DNA of 64,000 bases from contig CAVWVQ010000003.1 in assembly GCA_963758525.1 (NCBI GenBank), positions 1,888,001-1,952,000 of the forward strand. Reading direction: 5' to 3'. Shown piece by piece: positions 10,460-21,146 of the stretch. The notes beneath the pieces were generated by a model, which worked only from the letters and a program-made list of their open reading frames with translations, made no database searches and was not told the DNA's origin. The stretch's first letter is position 1; every line of letters starts with the position of its first letter. Origin of the DNA: an uncultured Phycisphaerales bacterium. GTDB lineage: Bacteria; Planctomycetota; Phycisphaerae; Tepidisphaerales; Tepidisphaeraceae. Both the position numbers and the translations under genes were made by a program.

Positions 10460-13348
10460 TCACTTCCCTGTCGGTGCAAGTAGCTCTCCTCCGCCAGGCT
10501 GCGTTGTGGCGCCGCCTTCCCGTTGCGCGGGCATGGGAACCACCTGCACCTTTCCCAGGCGCAACAGCTGGTCTTTCACCTCCGCGGCGGGCGCGACGAC
10601 GACAATCGTCATCGCGCCGGGATCGGCGTATTTGTTCATCACGTCGCGAATCTGCTGCGGGGTGACGGCGGAGATCTTGCCGGTGTAGAGGTCGAAATAG
10701 TCGATCGGGTAGCCGTTCAGCATGGCATCGACGCGCAGGCCGGCCTGCTGGGCAATGGTCTGCATGTTCATCACCATGCCGCCGATGACGCGGCGTTTGG
10801 CCTCGCTGAGTTCGTCGGGCGTCACGTCGGCGTTGCGCACGTCACCGAGCACCTTGAAGATCGCCTCAATCGTGTCAGCCGTGGTCTGCAGCTTCGTCTC
10901 TGTGCCGCAGACAAATGCGCCCGCGTGACGGCCCGGCTGGAAGACGCCGCTGACGCCGTAGACGTAGCCTTTTTCAGCCCGGACGTAGAGATTGAGGCGC
11001 GACTCGATCCCGCCGCTGAGGATGGCGCCGGCCAGGTTGCCGGCAAACTTTTGCGGAGTGTTGATGTCATAGGCGCGAATGCCGATGCGGATCAACGCTC
11101 CTTTCCCGCCGGGGCGGTCGACGAGGATGATCTGGCGGTCTTTGGAAGGTTGGGGAAGCGCGTACGTGATCGAGGGAAGCGGCTTGGCTGTCCATTGATC
11201 AGTCAACTGTTTGGCCAGCTCGCGGGCGCGATCGAGCGTGATGTTGCCGCTGATGACCAGAATCGCGTCCTGGGGGCGATAGAGATCGGCGTAGCATTGT
11301 TTCACATCGGCCAGCGTGATCGCGGAAATACTGCCGGGAGTGGCATGCTGCCCCAGCGGTGAGGTTCCGTAGAGGGCGTGGGCCATTTCCCACCCGCCGA
11401 CGGTGACGGGGCTCTCCTCCGCGACGGCCAGCGTGTTGAGCGCGCTCACCTTGAGCTTGTCGAATTCATCAGCGGGGAACGTCGGCGCCAGCAGCAGATC
11501 GCGCGAGCGGGCGAACGCGCGGTCGAGCTGATCGGAGATGCACGAGCCGCTGAGCCGCGTGAAGTCGCCGCCGTCGGCGATGCTCAGTGATATTCCATGT
11601 GATTCGAGTTCCTCGTTGAGCTGCGCGTAGGTGAACGCGCCGGCCCCGCGCTGAATCATGTCGGCAGTGAGGGAAGCGAGTCCCTCCTTGCCCAGCGGAT
11701 CACTGTGCGAGCCGCGGCGAATCGTGAGGCTCCAATCGACCAGCGGCAGCCGCGTGTCGGGCATCACAATGACGTGAACGCCATTGATCATGCTCTCCTG
11801 GCCCTTTTCGAAGCTCGCGACCGCGCGCGGCTCCGCCATCGGCGCGTGCCCGGGGTATCCTTCGGGAAAGTGAACGTCGCGTCCGGCGACGGGTTGCGTG
11901 GAGGGAACCACCTGCGCATTGGGAGGAATCGCCGCGATCGCTTTGCGCGTCGCGGCGCCGAGCGGGTCGGGCTTGATCACCAGCAGCGTCGACCCCTGCG
12001 GGCGAAGGTATTTCCCAGCGACCGCCTCCACGTCGGCAGCCGTCACCGCATCCAGCTTGATCAAGTCGGAATTCACTCGGCGGGGATCGCCGGTATACAG
12101 CGCCGCGTTGCCCAGTTCGCCGGCAATCTGCTCGGCCGTCATTCGGCCGTGCACCATGGCGACGCGTGCCAGTGTTTTCGCCTTAGCCAGCTCGTCGTCA
12201 GTCACTCCGTTGGCAACGAGGTCGGCGACGGACTTGGTCAGCGCCGCTGTCACGTCATCGGAATTCTTCCCGCTGAGCACGCGGCCCGCAACCCCGATGA
12301 TCCCGCCATCCTCCAGCGGCTCATAGAGTGTCGATGCATCGAGGCACAGCGGCTTGCCGCCGGTCACCAGCAGGCGGGAAAGCCGGCTCGAGGAGCCTTC
12401 CCCCAGAATGACCGACAGCACCGTCAGCGCATACTGGTCGTCCGACCGATACGGAGGGATGTGATACCCCAGCACGACTTCCGTCAGCGGCGCGAGGCGA
12501 TCGGGAATCGTCGCAGACCGCGGCACGGTTTGCAGCGGCTCGGCTTCCGCCAGGCGATGAATCTCCGCTCCGCGGGGAATCCAATCGTAGTACTTGTGCA
12601 CCAGTTTCTGCGCCGCGTCGACATCGATGTCCCCCGCGATCACCAGGACGGCGTTGTTCGGAACATAATACGTGTTGAAGAAGTCCTGCAGTTCGCTGAC
12701 CGGCGCCGCCAGCAGGTGCTGCATGTTGCCGATCGGCGTCCAGCGATAGCTGTGGGTGGTGAACGCGGTTTTCAGGAAATCGTCGAACAGATTTCCATAT
12801 GGCTTGTTTTGCTTGATGCGCCATTCTTCGGAAACCACCCGCCGCTCGGTTTTGTAAATCTCCTCCGACACCTTGAAGCTGCTCATGCGATCGGCTTCGA
12901 GATAGAGCGCCATCTCCAGATCCTCTGCCGGCACGGTGTTCACGTAAACAGTTTCATCGAAGCTCGTGAAAGCGTTGGAAATTCCTCCCACCCCGTCAAT
13001 GCGTTTCATGTGCTCCTGCGGCGCGACGTGGGCCGAGCCGCGAAACATCATGTGCTCGAACATGTGAGCAAACCCCTGGCGATCGGGCCGCTCGTCGCGC
13101 GAGCCGACGTGATAGAGAACCCGCACATGGACAACGGGGGCCTGATGGAGCGGCGAGTAGATGACACGAAGTCCGTTGGAGAGGGTTTCCTGCGTGAAGG
13201 GGATGGAGTTGTTCGCACCACGTAGCGATTCTCCTGCTGCATAGCTCCCTGTAGTAGAGAGAAGAAAGAAAAGCAGGCACAAAGGAAAGAGGCAAAGATG
13301 AAAGGTGCGGATTGGGCGACGCGGAAGCGCAATAAAATCTGTCGGCAT
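10460..13348 (-). CDS. M16 (pitrilysin/insulinase) family zinc peptidase, secreted
   Basis: GFAHMFEHMMFRGS (HxxEH), NAFTSFDETVY, a duplicated M16 domain and an N-terminal hydrophobic signal. Start uncertain. Confidence 0.92.
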   Translation of the reverse strand: MPTDFIALPRRPIRTFHLCLFPLCLLFFLLSTTGSYAAGESLRGANNSIPFTQETLSNGLRVIYSPLHQAPVVHVRVLYHVGSRDERPDRQGFAHMFEHMMFRGSAHVAPQEHMKRIDGVGGISNAFTSFDETVYVNTVPAEDLEMALYLEADRMSSFKVSEEIYKTERRVVSEEWRIKQNKPYGNLFDDFLKTAFTTHSYRWTPIGNMQHLLAAPVSELQDFFNTYYVPNNAVLVIAGDIDVDAAQKLVHKYYDWIPRGAEIHRLAEAEPLQTVPRSATIPDRLAPLTEVVLGYHIPPYRSDDQYALTVLSVILGEGSSSRLSRLLVTGGKPLCLDASTLYEPLEDGGIIGVAGRVLSGKNSDDVTAALTKSVADLVANGVTDDELAKAKTLARVAMVHGRMTAEQIAGELGNAALYTGDPRRVNSDLIKLDAVTAADVEAVAGKYLRPQGSTLLVIKPDPLGAATRKAIAAIPPNAQVVPSTQPVAGRDVHFPEGYPGHAPMAEPRAVASFEKGQESMINGVHVIVMPDTRLPLVDWSLTIRRGSHSDPLGKEGLASLTADMIQRGAGAFTYAQLNEELESHGISLSIADGGDFTRLSGSCISDQLDRAFARSRDLLLAPTFPADEFDKLKVSALNTLAVAEESPVTVGGWEMAHALYGTSPLGQHATPGSISAITLADVKQCYADLYRPQDAILVISGNITLDRARELAKQLTDQWTAKPLPSITYALPQPSKDRQIILVDRPGGKGALIRIGIRAYDINTPQKFAGNLAGAILSGGIESRLNLYVRAEKGYVYGVSGVFQPGRHAGAFVCGTETKLQTTADTIEAIFKVLGDVRNADVTPDELSEAKRRVIGGMVMNMQTIAQQAGLRVDAMLNGYPIDYFDLYTGKISAVTPQQIRDVMNKYADPGAMTIVVVAPAAEVKDQLLRLGKVQVVPMPAQREGGATTQPGGGELLAPTGK

Positions 13349-13468
13349 GCCCTGTCTATCCCAAAAGCGGTAAAGAGTTGCACGGCGTGTCAGCATTTTT
13401 GCGTATGATCTGTTCTGTTGCCGTGAACACGTGAAGACCATCGATTACCCGATGATTGGAAATCTTAC

Positions 13469-14092
13469 ATGAATCCTCCTTCCCCCGGCCGGCAGCGTTG
13501 GGCGATGACCCGCCTCTTCCTCGCACTCGTCGGCGTCGTGGTGATGTTCGTCGCAACCAAATGGGCGAGAGCCCTCTTCAGCAAGCCGACACTGGCGGAT
13601 CTGCGGTTTCCGGTGCTGGTGCTCCCGCCGGGAAACGCGGAGCCGTCTTTCGCAGCCGAGGCCGGCGAATTGACCACCGTCCCCGAAAAAAGCGGCACGT
13701 CACCAACCGAGGGAACGATCCTCATTGATTCTGACTTCAAACAATATGAAGAAACAGATGTGCATGCTTTGCCGCAGGGAGAGATCTCCGCAATCTTCCA
13801 CGCGCTCATCCCGATAGAGCGATCGTATCGCTACAAGTTCTCACTCAAACGGGTCAAAGCTGCTGGCTTGCCAGCGGCATTACGTCAGTTGCAAGCGTGC
13901 GTCTCCTATCCCGGCGAGCGCGCCGATCTCGAGAAGAAACGCACGCAAATTGCAGGCGCGAAAACCGTGGACGAAATCGTCACGCTCCTGCGCCTCGCAC
14001 CCGCGCCACCGGCCATGCCAGATGCCGCGCCAGCCGTGCCCGCCACCATGGCGCTGGAGGGTGAACAACCGCCGCCAGGTCCAAATGATTGA
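13469..14092 (+). CDS. Hypothetical membrane-anchored protein
   Basis: 207-aa ORF with an N-terminal TM segment, followed by a terminator. Confidence 0.65.
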   Translation: MNPPSPGRQRWAMTRLFLALVGVVVMFVATKWARALFSKPTLADLRFPVLVLPPGNAEPSFAAEAGELTTVPEKSGTSPTEGTILIDSDFKQYEETDVHALPQGEISAIFHALIPIERSYRYKFSLKRVKAAGLPAALRQLQACVSYPGERADLEKKRTQIAGAKTVDEIVTLLRLAPAPPAMPDAAPAVPATMALEGEQPPPGPND

Positions 14093-14110
14093 AGACCAGG
14101 CGCAAAGAAC

Positions 14111-14141
14111 AGACCCGGCTCCTTGCAGGAGCCGGGTCTTT
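14111..14141. terminator. Intrinsic terminator between convergent genes
   Basis: AGACCCGGCTCC-ttgca-GGAGCCGGGTCT followed by TT. Confidence 0.75.
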
Positions 14142-14176
14142 CAGCAAATCGCCGCAGCGGGTTCTGTGGGGGTCTT

Positions 14177-14494
14177 TTACTTGACCATATCCTTGAGGCT
14201 CTTGAGCGCCCGGACTTTCACGCCGCGCGAGGCGGGCTTCGCCTTGAACATTCTCTCGACCTTGGTGAACGGATCGATGCCCTTGCGTGCCGGCTTGGCG
14301 GGCTTGTGAACGACGGTGATCTTGAACAGGCCCGGCAGGGCGAAGATCCCGGGGCCCTTTTTGCCCAGCGCGGTCTTGATCTGCCCGGCGAGGGATTCGA
14401 GGACCGATGCGACTTGCTTGCGACTGAGGCCAGTGGTCTCGGCGACGCCAGCGAGAATCTCGCTTTTGGTCGCCGACTTTGCGGTTGCTGCCAT
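14177..14494 (-). CDS. HU-family DNA-binding protein
   Basis: TKSEILAGVAETTGLSRKQV...LPGLFKI...KPARKGIDPFT...FKAKPAS. Confidence 0.9.
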   Translation of the reverse strand: MAATAKSATKSEILAGVAETTGLSRKQVASVLESLAGQIKTALGKKGPGIFALPGLFKITVVHKPAKPARKGIDPFTKVERMFKAKPASRGVKVRALKSLKDMVK

Positions 14495-14639
14495 GTGAAT
14501 GGCTCCTTCCTGAAAAAGTGATTGGGTTCGAATCTGCGGCAGGGGGACGTTTTCAGGGAAATTGCGGGGAAATTCAAGTGGACAACTCGGAAAAGCACTG
14601 GAAATCCAGTATTTTTCGCTCTCCCGGCGTCTCTTGGGC

Positions 14640-17329
14640 TTACTTGTTGAGCCGTTGCTGCCATTCCCTGATCATGTCCAGGGCTTGCTGCGGCGTGGTG
14701 TGATCGAGGTTGGCGGTCTTCAACGACTGGGCAATTTCCTTCGTCGGATCTGCGAAGAGCTGCAGCTGGCTGTCGTCTTCACTCCGCCGATGACGCGCAG
14801 CGCGGTTGGAGCCCACGTGATGAACCGCCAGTTCTGAAAGGAGTTGGCGGGCGCGATCGAGCACGCTGCGCGGCACGCCTGCGAGGCGCGCGACGTGGAT
14901 GCCGTAGGAGCGATCGGTTCCCCCCTCGACAATCCGGTGCAGGAAGACCACCTGATCCTCCCACTCGCGGACGGCCACATTCAGGTTGCGCACGCCGCGG
15001 AAACGCTGGGCCAGATCGGTCAGCTCATGATAGTGGGTGGCGAACAGCGTGCGGCAACGGAGGTTGGAGGCGATGTGCTCGGCAATCGCCCACGCAAGAC
15101 TCAAGCCGTCCAGCGTGCTCGTCCCGCGCCCGATTTCATCGAGAATCACCAGGCTCCGATCGGTCGCGTTGTTGAGAATGTTCGCCGTCTCGGTCATCTC
15201 AACCATGAACGTCGACTGGCCGCTGTGAATCTCATCGCTGGCGCCGATGCGGGTGAAAAGCCGATCGACCAGCCCGATGGTCGCGCTGGCGGCGGGTACG
15301 TAGCTTCCCACCTGTGCCAGGAGCGTGATCAATGCAACCTGGCGGATATAGGTGCTTTTGCCGGCCATGTTAGGGCCGGTGATCAGACAGAGCGCATCTT
15401 CGGCCCCGAAGCGCGTGTCGTTGGCGACGAACTCGCTGCCGAGCTGTTTGTCGAGAACGGGATGGCGGCCGTCGACGATCTCCAGAACGCGATCTTCGCT
15501 TAGCAGCGGGCGGCAGTAGCGCCGCTCGGCGGCAAGCACCGCGAAGCCGGCCAATACATCCACGCGAGCGAGGCTGTGAGCAAGCTCCTGAAACGTTGGA
15601 AGGTGCGGCAGCAGCGTCTGGCGGATCTGCTCAAAGAGGCTTTGCTCGAGCGCAATCGACTTGTCCTGCGCCCCCAGAGCCTCCTCCTCGAATTTCTTCA
15701 GCTCCTCGGTGATGTATCGCTCGGCGTTCTTGACCGTCTGCTTCCGCGTCCAGGCGATCGGCACTTTGGCGCGATGGGAGTCGGTGACCTCGATGTAATA
15801 GCCAAAGACCTTGTTGAACCCGATGCGAAGGGAAGCGATCCCGGATTCCTGCGCCAGTTGCGCCTGGTAGCGGGCAAGCCATTGCTGGCTGTTGGTGCTG
15901 ATTTCGCGAAGACGGTCCAACTCGGCATCGAAACCATGCGCAATCACGCCTCCTTCGCGCAATGCGGCGCCGGATCGGGCTTGACCGCGCCGGCGAGGTA
16001 GGCGGACTGTGTCTGGCAGAACGACCGAAGCGAGGCAAACTCCGGGCAGACTTCGCTGGCGCGGGCGAGCGATTCGAGCTGATCGATCAACGCCGGCATT
16101 GCCGCAAGGCACTTGCTCAGGGCGGCCATGTCGCGCGGCGCGGCTCGCCCGAGCGATATTCTCCCGACGATGCGTTCGACGTCGCAGACGTCCTTCAGGC
16201 TGGCTCCCAACGCCCGCAGCACGCCGGGCGAATCCAAAAACGACGCGACAGCGCTTTGCCGCGCCGCGATATGCTCGATGTCGCGCAACGGCGTGCGCAG
16301 CCACTGCCGCAACAGGCGCGATCCCATCGGGGTGCGCGTGCGCTCGATCGCCTTGAGGAGAGATCCTTCTTCGGTTCCAGCGCGCATCGTGCGATCGACT
16401 TCCAGACTGCGCCAACTGGCTGGATCGATGCTCAGATGCGCCTCCAGCACATGGCGGCGCAGCGGACGGATGTGCGCGGAGGCGGATTTCTGGGTCTCCC
16501 GCAGATAACTGAGGACCGCCGCCGTCGCGAAAACGGCGGGGTCGTCGTCGGCAAATCCAAACCCGGCGGCGGAGCGCGCCTGCCACTGGTGCTGCAACTG
16601 CTCGCGAGAGTGGTGCTGCGTGAACTGCCAGCCCGGGCGAACGGTGACGGCACGAATTCCCCGAGCCTGCAGCTTCGCGGCAAGATCGTGTGGTTGGCCG
16701 GAGGGGAGCTCCTGAACGAGCACCTCGGCCGGCGCCAGCCGAACCAGCTCGTCGAGAATGTCATCCTCCACGCCGCTGGCCGCCACGCAAGCGCCGGTCG
16801 AAAGTTCCACCCAGCACAACCCGGTGCGATAGCCGTCGGCCTTGGTGATGCCCACGCCCAATGCCGCGAGAAAATTGTCGGCCGTGCCGTCAAGAAGCGG
16901 ATCGTCGGTGAGGGTTCCCGGCGTCATCAGCCGTACCACTTCGCGCTGGATCACTCCCTTGGCCTGCGAAGCGTCTTCCGTCTGCTCGCAGATGGCGACA
17001 CGATGCCCGGCAGCAATCATCTTCCGCAAGTACCCCTCAACCGCGTGAAACGGCACCCCTGCCATTGGAATGGCGTCCTCGGCGCCGAGCCCCCCACGGC
17101 TGCGGCTGGTCAGCGTGACGCCGAGCGTTTTTGCGGCAAGCTGGGCGTCTTCCCAAAACATCTCGTAGAAATCCCCCATCCTGAAGAAGAGCACGTAGCC
17201 GGGATATTGGGCCTTGAACTGCTGATACTGGCGCATCGCCGGAGAAAGCGCGGGTTTGTCCGCCGGCGCAGGCGCGGAGGGCGCAGCAGCGGGTTGGGAG
17301 TCGGAGGTGGAAGACGCGGCGACGGTCAT
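14640..17329 (-). CDS. mutS: DNA mismatch repair protein MutS (frameshift ~15960)
   Basis: SPAMRQY...FRMGDFYEMF...GVPFHA, then ITGPNMAGKSTYIRQ, STFMVEM, DEIGRGTST, ATHYHEL. Confidence 0.95.
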
Positions 17330-17434
17330 CGGAGGAACGGGGCAGGTTATGAGACGGAGTGGGACAGAGCAAGAAAATCGCCATGAGGCGTCACGTCGTC
17401 CACGTTCCGGCGGATCGTCGGGATCAATCCCGGC

Positions 17435-18058
17435 CTACCGGGAATCCGGCGAGCCGGTGATCGTCGTACCTTCCCTGCGGCTGAAGTCGATGCGGTCGAA
17501 CACTTCAGCCAGCGGCAAACGAACATTGATGTCCGCAAGCGTCAGCACCTGGTCGAGGCCTTCAAGTTCGCGAAGGCCCCACATTCCGTCGGCCTGGCGG
17601 AAATACGCCTCAACGCGGGGAAGGTCCTGCGAAACCAGCACGAGCGTCTTGAGCGATTCGATGCGTCGATAGTCCGACGCCTTCAAACCACGGTCGTAGC
17701 TCTCAGTGGTCGGGGAGAGAACCTCGAAGAGCACTGTCGGGTTCGTCAAAGTTTGACCGGATGGATCTTCGGGGTCGAGCTCGCGCAGCGCGCAATAGAC
17801 AGAGGCATCCGGGTAGGTACGCAGACCCGATGCCTTTACCAGCAATCGCATGTTGGGATCGTAGACCGCGCAGGGCCTGCCCTTCAGTGCGGTGCCCAAT
17901 TCGCGTATAAGATTGGCGCAGATCAGGCTGTGGGCTTCGCTGCCGCCAGCCGTCGCGAAAATCTCGCCCTTGTAGAAATCGCTTTTGTACGTTGCCCCCT
18001 GTTCAAGGCGGTAATACTCGGCGGGAGTAAATTGCCGGCTCGTTTTGACCATTCCCAT
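17435..18058 (-). CDS. Uma2/DUF820 restriction-endonuclease-like protein
   Basis: YPDASVYC...NPTVLFEVLSPTTESYDRGLK...YRRIESL. Confidence 0.88.
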   Translation of the reverse strand: MGMVKTSRQFTPAEYYRLEQGATYKSDFYKGEIFATAGGSEAHSLICANLIRELGTALKGRPCAVYDPNMRLLVKASGLRTYPDASVYCALRELDPEDPSGQTLTNPTVLFEVLSPTTESYDRGLKASDYRRIESLKTLVLVSQDLPRVEAYFRQADGMWGLRELEGLDQVLTLADINVRLPLAEVFDRIDFSRREGTTITGSPDSR

Positions 18059-18131
18059 GGGGGCATCTTACCGGATATTTGAAAGCTGCGTAGTGTCGCG
18101 ATGCGTTCGGCAGGCGTAAGATCGCTTCTGA

Positions 18132-18991
18132 ATGACTCAGGTTGGCACAATCACAAGTTCCGCATCCACCGAGCATGACGCCGTCCACCACGCAGCCTCG
18201 CCTGGTCTGCTGCTGCCGGCATTGTCCCTCTGCCAGCGCGAGCTCGTGCGCTTTCTGCGGCAACGCAACCGGATTATTGGGGCGCTGGCCACGCCAATCG
18301 TGTTCTGGCTGCTCATCGGCGGCGGCATGGGCCGGAGTTTCTCGTCGTCGAATGTGCCGGGTGGTGGCAGCTATCTCCAGTATTTTTTCCCAGGCACCGT
18401 CCTGATGATACTTCTGTTCACGGCGATCTTTTCGACCATCTCGATCATCGAAGATCGTCGGGAGGGATTTTTGCAGTCGGTGCTGGTGGCGCCGGTGTCC
18501 CGCCAGGCCATCGTGCTCGGGAAAGTATTAGGGGGAACGATTCTTGCGTTCGGTCAGGGATTGATCTTTCTGCTGCTGGCGCCGCTGGTCGGCCTGCGAC
18601 TGAGCGTCGGCGGGTTTCTGGCGGCCAGCGCGATGATGTTTCTGATCGCGTTCGCGCTGACTGGATTGGGATTTGTCATCGCCTGGCGAATGAGTTCGAC
18701 ACAGGGATTTCATGCGATCATGAATCTGTTTTTGATGCCGCTCTGGTTTCTGTCCGGGCGCTCTTTCCGCCACAGAACGCCTGGGGCGGTTTGCGCTGGC
18801 TGATGCGTGTGAATCCGCTGAGTTATGGACTGGCGGGAATCTGGCGCGCGATTTACTTTGCCGAGCCCGACAAAGTGAGCCTGCTGCCGGGTTGGCCGGC
18901 GATCCTGGCGATGAGCATCGGGTTCGCCGCGGCTATGTTCCTCCTGGCGACGGTGATGGCCGGGGGTCGCGTGTCGGCTGACTGGCAATAA
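18132..18991 (+). CDS. ABC-2 type transporter permease (frameshift ~18760)
   Basis: RELVRFLRQRNR, IIEDRREGFLQSVLVAP, then VNPLSYG in the second frame. Confidence 0.85.
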
Positions 18992-18994
18992 GGC

Positions 18995-19603
18995 ATGGGT
19001 ACCAAGCACAAGAAGATCACGACGCTGCTCTGGGCCGGTCTGGTGCTGGTGATGGTGGGCGTTGTTGTCGGCAAACTGTGCAAGCCGAGAGGTTCGGCCC
19101 TGCCCAGACTTTTCCCGGCTGCGTCCTTTGTCCTGACCGACGAAAAGGGGCAGCGGTTTTCCAACGTTGATCTGGCGGGTCATCCTTATATCGCAGCGTT
19201 CATCTTCACGCGCTGCGCATCATCATGCCCGGTGGTGAGCGCGCGGATGGCGCAGGTGCAGAAGCAAACCCCGGCCAGCGTGCAGATGGTCTCCTTTACC
19301 GTCGATCCCGCTTTTGACACGCCGGCCGTTCTCGACCGCTATGCAAAATCGTATCAGGCCGACCCATCCCGCTGGCACTTTTTGACGGGCGATAGCGCCG
19401 CGATGGCAGACGTCGAAGCCGCGATGAAAATGACCGCGCCGGCCCCTTCCAAGGGCGATCAGCCGATCGTTCACAGCGACCATCTGCTGCTGATCGATGG
19501 TCGGGGCGATGTGCGGGGAGTGTACGACAGCGAAGATTTGCAGAGCGTCAAACAGCTTGCCACTGACGCGACCGCCCTGGCGGGCTGGAGCATCCTGCCG
19601 TGA
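18995..19603 (+). CDS. SCO family copper chaperone
   Basis: FIFTRCASSCP (CxxxC), TVDPAFDTP, HSDHLLLIDGRG. Confidence 0.9.
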   Translation: MGTKHKKITTLLWAGLVLVMVGVVVGKLCKPRGSALPRLFPAASFVLTDEKGQRFSNVDLAGHPYIAAFIFTRCASSCPVVSARMAQVQKQTPASVQMVSFTVDPAFDTPAVLDRYAKSYQADPSRWHFLTGDSAAMADVEAAMKMTAPAPSKGDQPIVHSDHLLLIDGRGDVRGVYDSEDLQSVKQLATDATALAGWSILP

Positions 19604-20043
19604 CGCTTGAGACGTTTCCCGTAGTCAATGCGACGCTCAACGGCGCCAGCGCCGCCATGCTGCTGGCGGGGTTTCTGTTCATCAAAAGGGGACGGGTCAC
19701 GGCCCATGTCACCATGATGCTTTCGGCCCTGGCCACATCGACGGTCTTTCTTGCCTGCTACATCATCTATCACACGATTCGCGTCAGGCACGGCATCACC
19801 GTCACGCGCTTCCCCCCGGGACGCATTCATCCGATTTACATCGCGATCCTCTTCTCCCATACGGTTCTGGCGATCGCGATTCTGCCGTTGATCGGCGTCA
19901 CGCTCTATCGTGCGGTTTCCAGGCAATGGGACCAACACCGGCGGATCGCGATCATCACGTTTCCGCTATGGTTTTACGTGTCGGTGACCGGGGTGGTGGT
20001 GTATTGGATGCTGTATCAGCTGGCGCCGCGGCTGTCGCGGTGA
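19600..20043 (+). CDS. DUF420 family membrane protein
   Basis: NATLNG, HVTMM, LFSHTVLA, HRRIA...PLWFYVSVTGVVVY. Confidence 0.88.
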   Translation: MTLETFPVVNATLNGASAAMLLAGFLFIKRGRVTAHVTMMLSALATSTVFLACYIIYHTIRVRHGITVTRFPPGRIHPIYIAILFSHTVLAIAILPLIGVTLYRAVSRQWDQHRRIAIITFPLWFYVSVTGVVVYWMLYQLAPRLSR

Positions 20044-20107
20044 GGAGTATCACCGCGGCAGACTGATGTTGCGACATGCACCCGAATTGGGTACGATCGT
20101 ACTCACA

Positions 20108-20812
20108 ATGGTTGCACCCGCCGATCCCGGCGCGATCCTGTTTGGAAGCACTCGTCAGGCAATCCTGGCGCTCACATTCCTCCGCCCGGACGAGTCGTTT
20201 TATCTGCGCGAGATCGTTCGGCGCACGGGGTGTGGAACGGGAGCGGTGCAGCGCGAGTTGAAACTGCTGACCGATTGCGGGATTCTTTGTCGCGATCGTC
20301 AACGGTTCTTCCGAGCGAACCCTGACTCGCCGATTTTCAAGCCGCTCCAGCAGATTGTCATCCGCACCGCGGGACTGGGCGAACGGCTTCGGAATGCCCT
20401 CAACCCCGTGGCCGGCCACATCGCGGCGGCATTTATCTTCGGTTCGTTTTCCCGTGGCGAACACCACGAACGGAGCGACGTCGATGTGCTGGTGATCACG
20501 AAAGACGACCAGGTGACCCCGGAGCAGATCAATGTGTCGCTGAGCCACGAGCAGGAGCGCCTGGGCCGCGAGATCAATTCGTTTGTACTGACGGCTCAGG
20601 AGTGGGAAAAAAAAGTGAAAGCCGGCAGTCCATTCGTCGATCGATTGCTGGATGGCGAGAAGATCTATCTGATCGGAGACGACAATGAGCTTAAACGACT
20701 GGCTGCAAAACGGGTGGCTCAAACCGCACAAGCCGACGGGGCGGGAAGTCGTCGATCTGCTCGCGCTCGCCGACCGCGATCTGAAAGACTCGAAGGTCAG
20801 CGGACTCGGTAA
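20108..20812 (+). CDS. HTH + minimal nucleotidyltransferase (MNT) antitoxin-like protein
   Basis: N-terminal wHTH (YLREIVRRTG...VQREL) and FGSFSRG...SDVDVLVI. Confidence 0.82.
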   Translation: MVAPADPGAILFGSTRQAILALTFLRPDESFYLREIVRRTGCGTGAVQRELKLLTDCGILCRDRQRFFRANPDSPIFKPLQQIVIRTAGLGERLRNALNPVAGHIAAAFIFGSFSRGEHHERSDVDVLVITKDDQVTPEQINVSLSHEQERLGREINSFVLTAQEWEKKVKAGSPFVDRLLDGEKIYLIGDDNELKRLAAKRVAQTAQADGAGSRRSARARRPRSERLEGQRTR

Positions 20813-21137
20813 CGACTGGAGCTTCAACATCGCCTACAATGCCGCGCTCCAGGCCGCAACGGTGGCGCTGATCGCGTCGGGGTACAGCGTCCCCAAAGGA
20901 GACTCACATCACTTTCGCGTCATCGGCTCGCTGGAATTCACGATTGGATTGGACCGCAAGCTGATCGACAACCTCGACCGCTATCGAAAGAAAAGAAGCG
21001 TGAGCATTTACGACGTCGCCGGCGCGATTACCGATGCAGAGGCAAAGGCGATGCAGGCGGTCGCGCAAGAACTCGTGAAGCAGGTTCGCGCTTGGATTGT
21101 GCGGAATCACGCAAACCTGATGAAGCGGGCAAAGTGA
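20685..21137 (+). CDS. HEPN-domain protein (partner of MNT)
   Basis: AYNAALQAA...SHH...RKKRSVSIYD. Overlaps the MNT gene. Confidence 0.75.
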   Translation: MSLNDWLQNGWLKPHKPTGREVVDLLALADRDLKDSKVSGLGNDWSFNIAYNAALQAATVALIASGYSVPKGDSHHFRVIGSLEFTIGLDRKLIDNLDRYRKKRSVSIYDVAGAITDAEAKAMQAVAQELVKQVRAWIVRNHANLMKRAK

Positions 21138-21146
21138 GCCGGTTCC

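Larger units (their letters stand above)
8975..10683. repeat. Tandem array of ~495-bp units: M16 gene 3' end (~225 bp) + REPIN + TTAG-REP
   Basis: Gene-end copies start at 8975, 9468 and 9964, and the real gene end is at 10460. REPINs at 9205-9395, 9700-9891 and 10197-10387. Confidence 0.95.

Noticed and set aside
9233..10665. Repeated 146-aa + strand ORFs (MFVRTQTLAG...)
   Set aside because: They read through REPIN hairpins and the antisense gene end, and the middle copy is broken. Likely non-coding.
8975..10683. Diversity-generating retroelement (TR/VR) or CRISPR array
   Set aside because: Differences are not adenine-specific (for example CCC/CCG, GGC/GAC), and the window has no reverse transcriptase or cas genes. 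Units are ~495 bp with no unique spacers.
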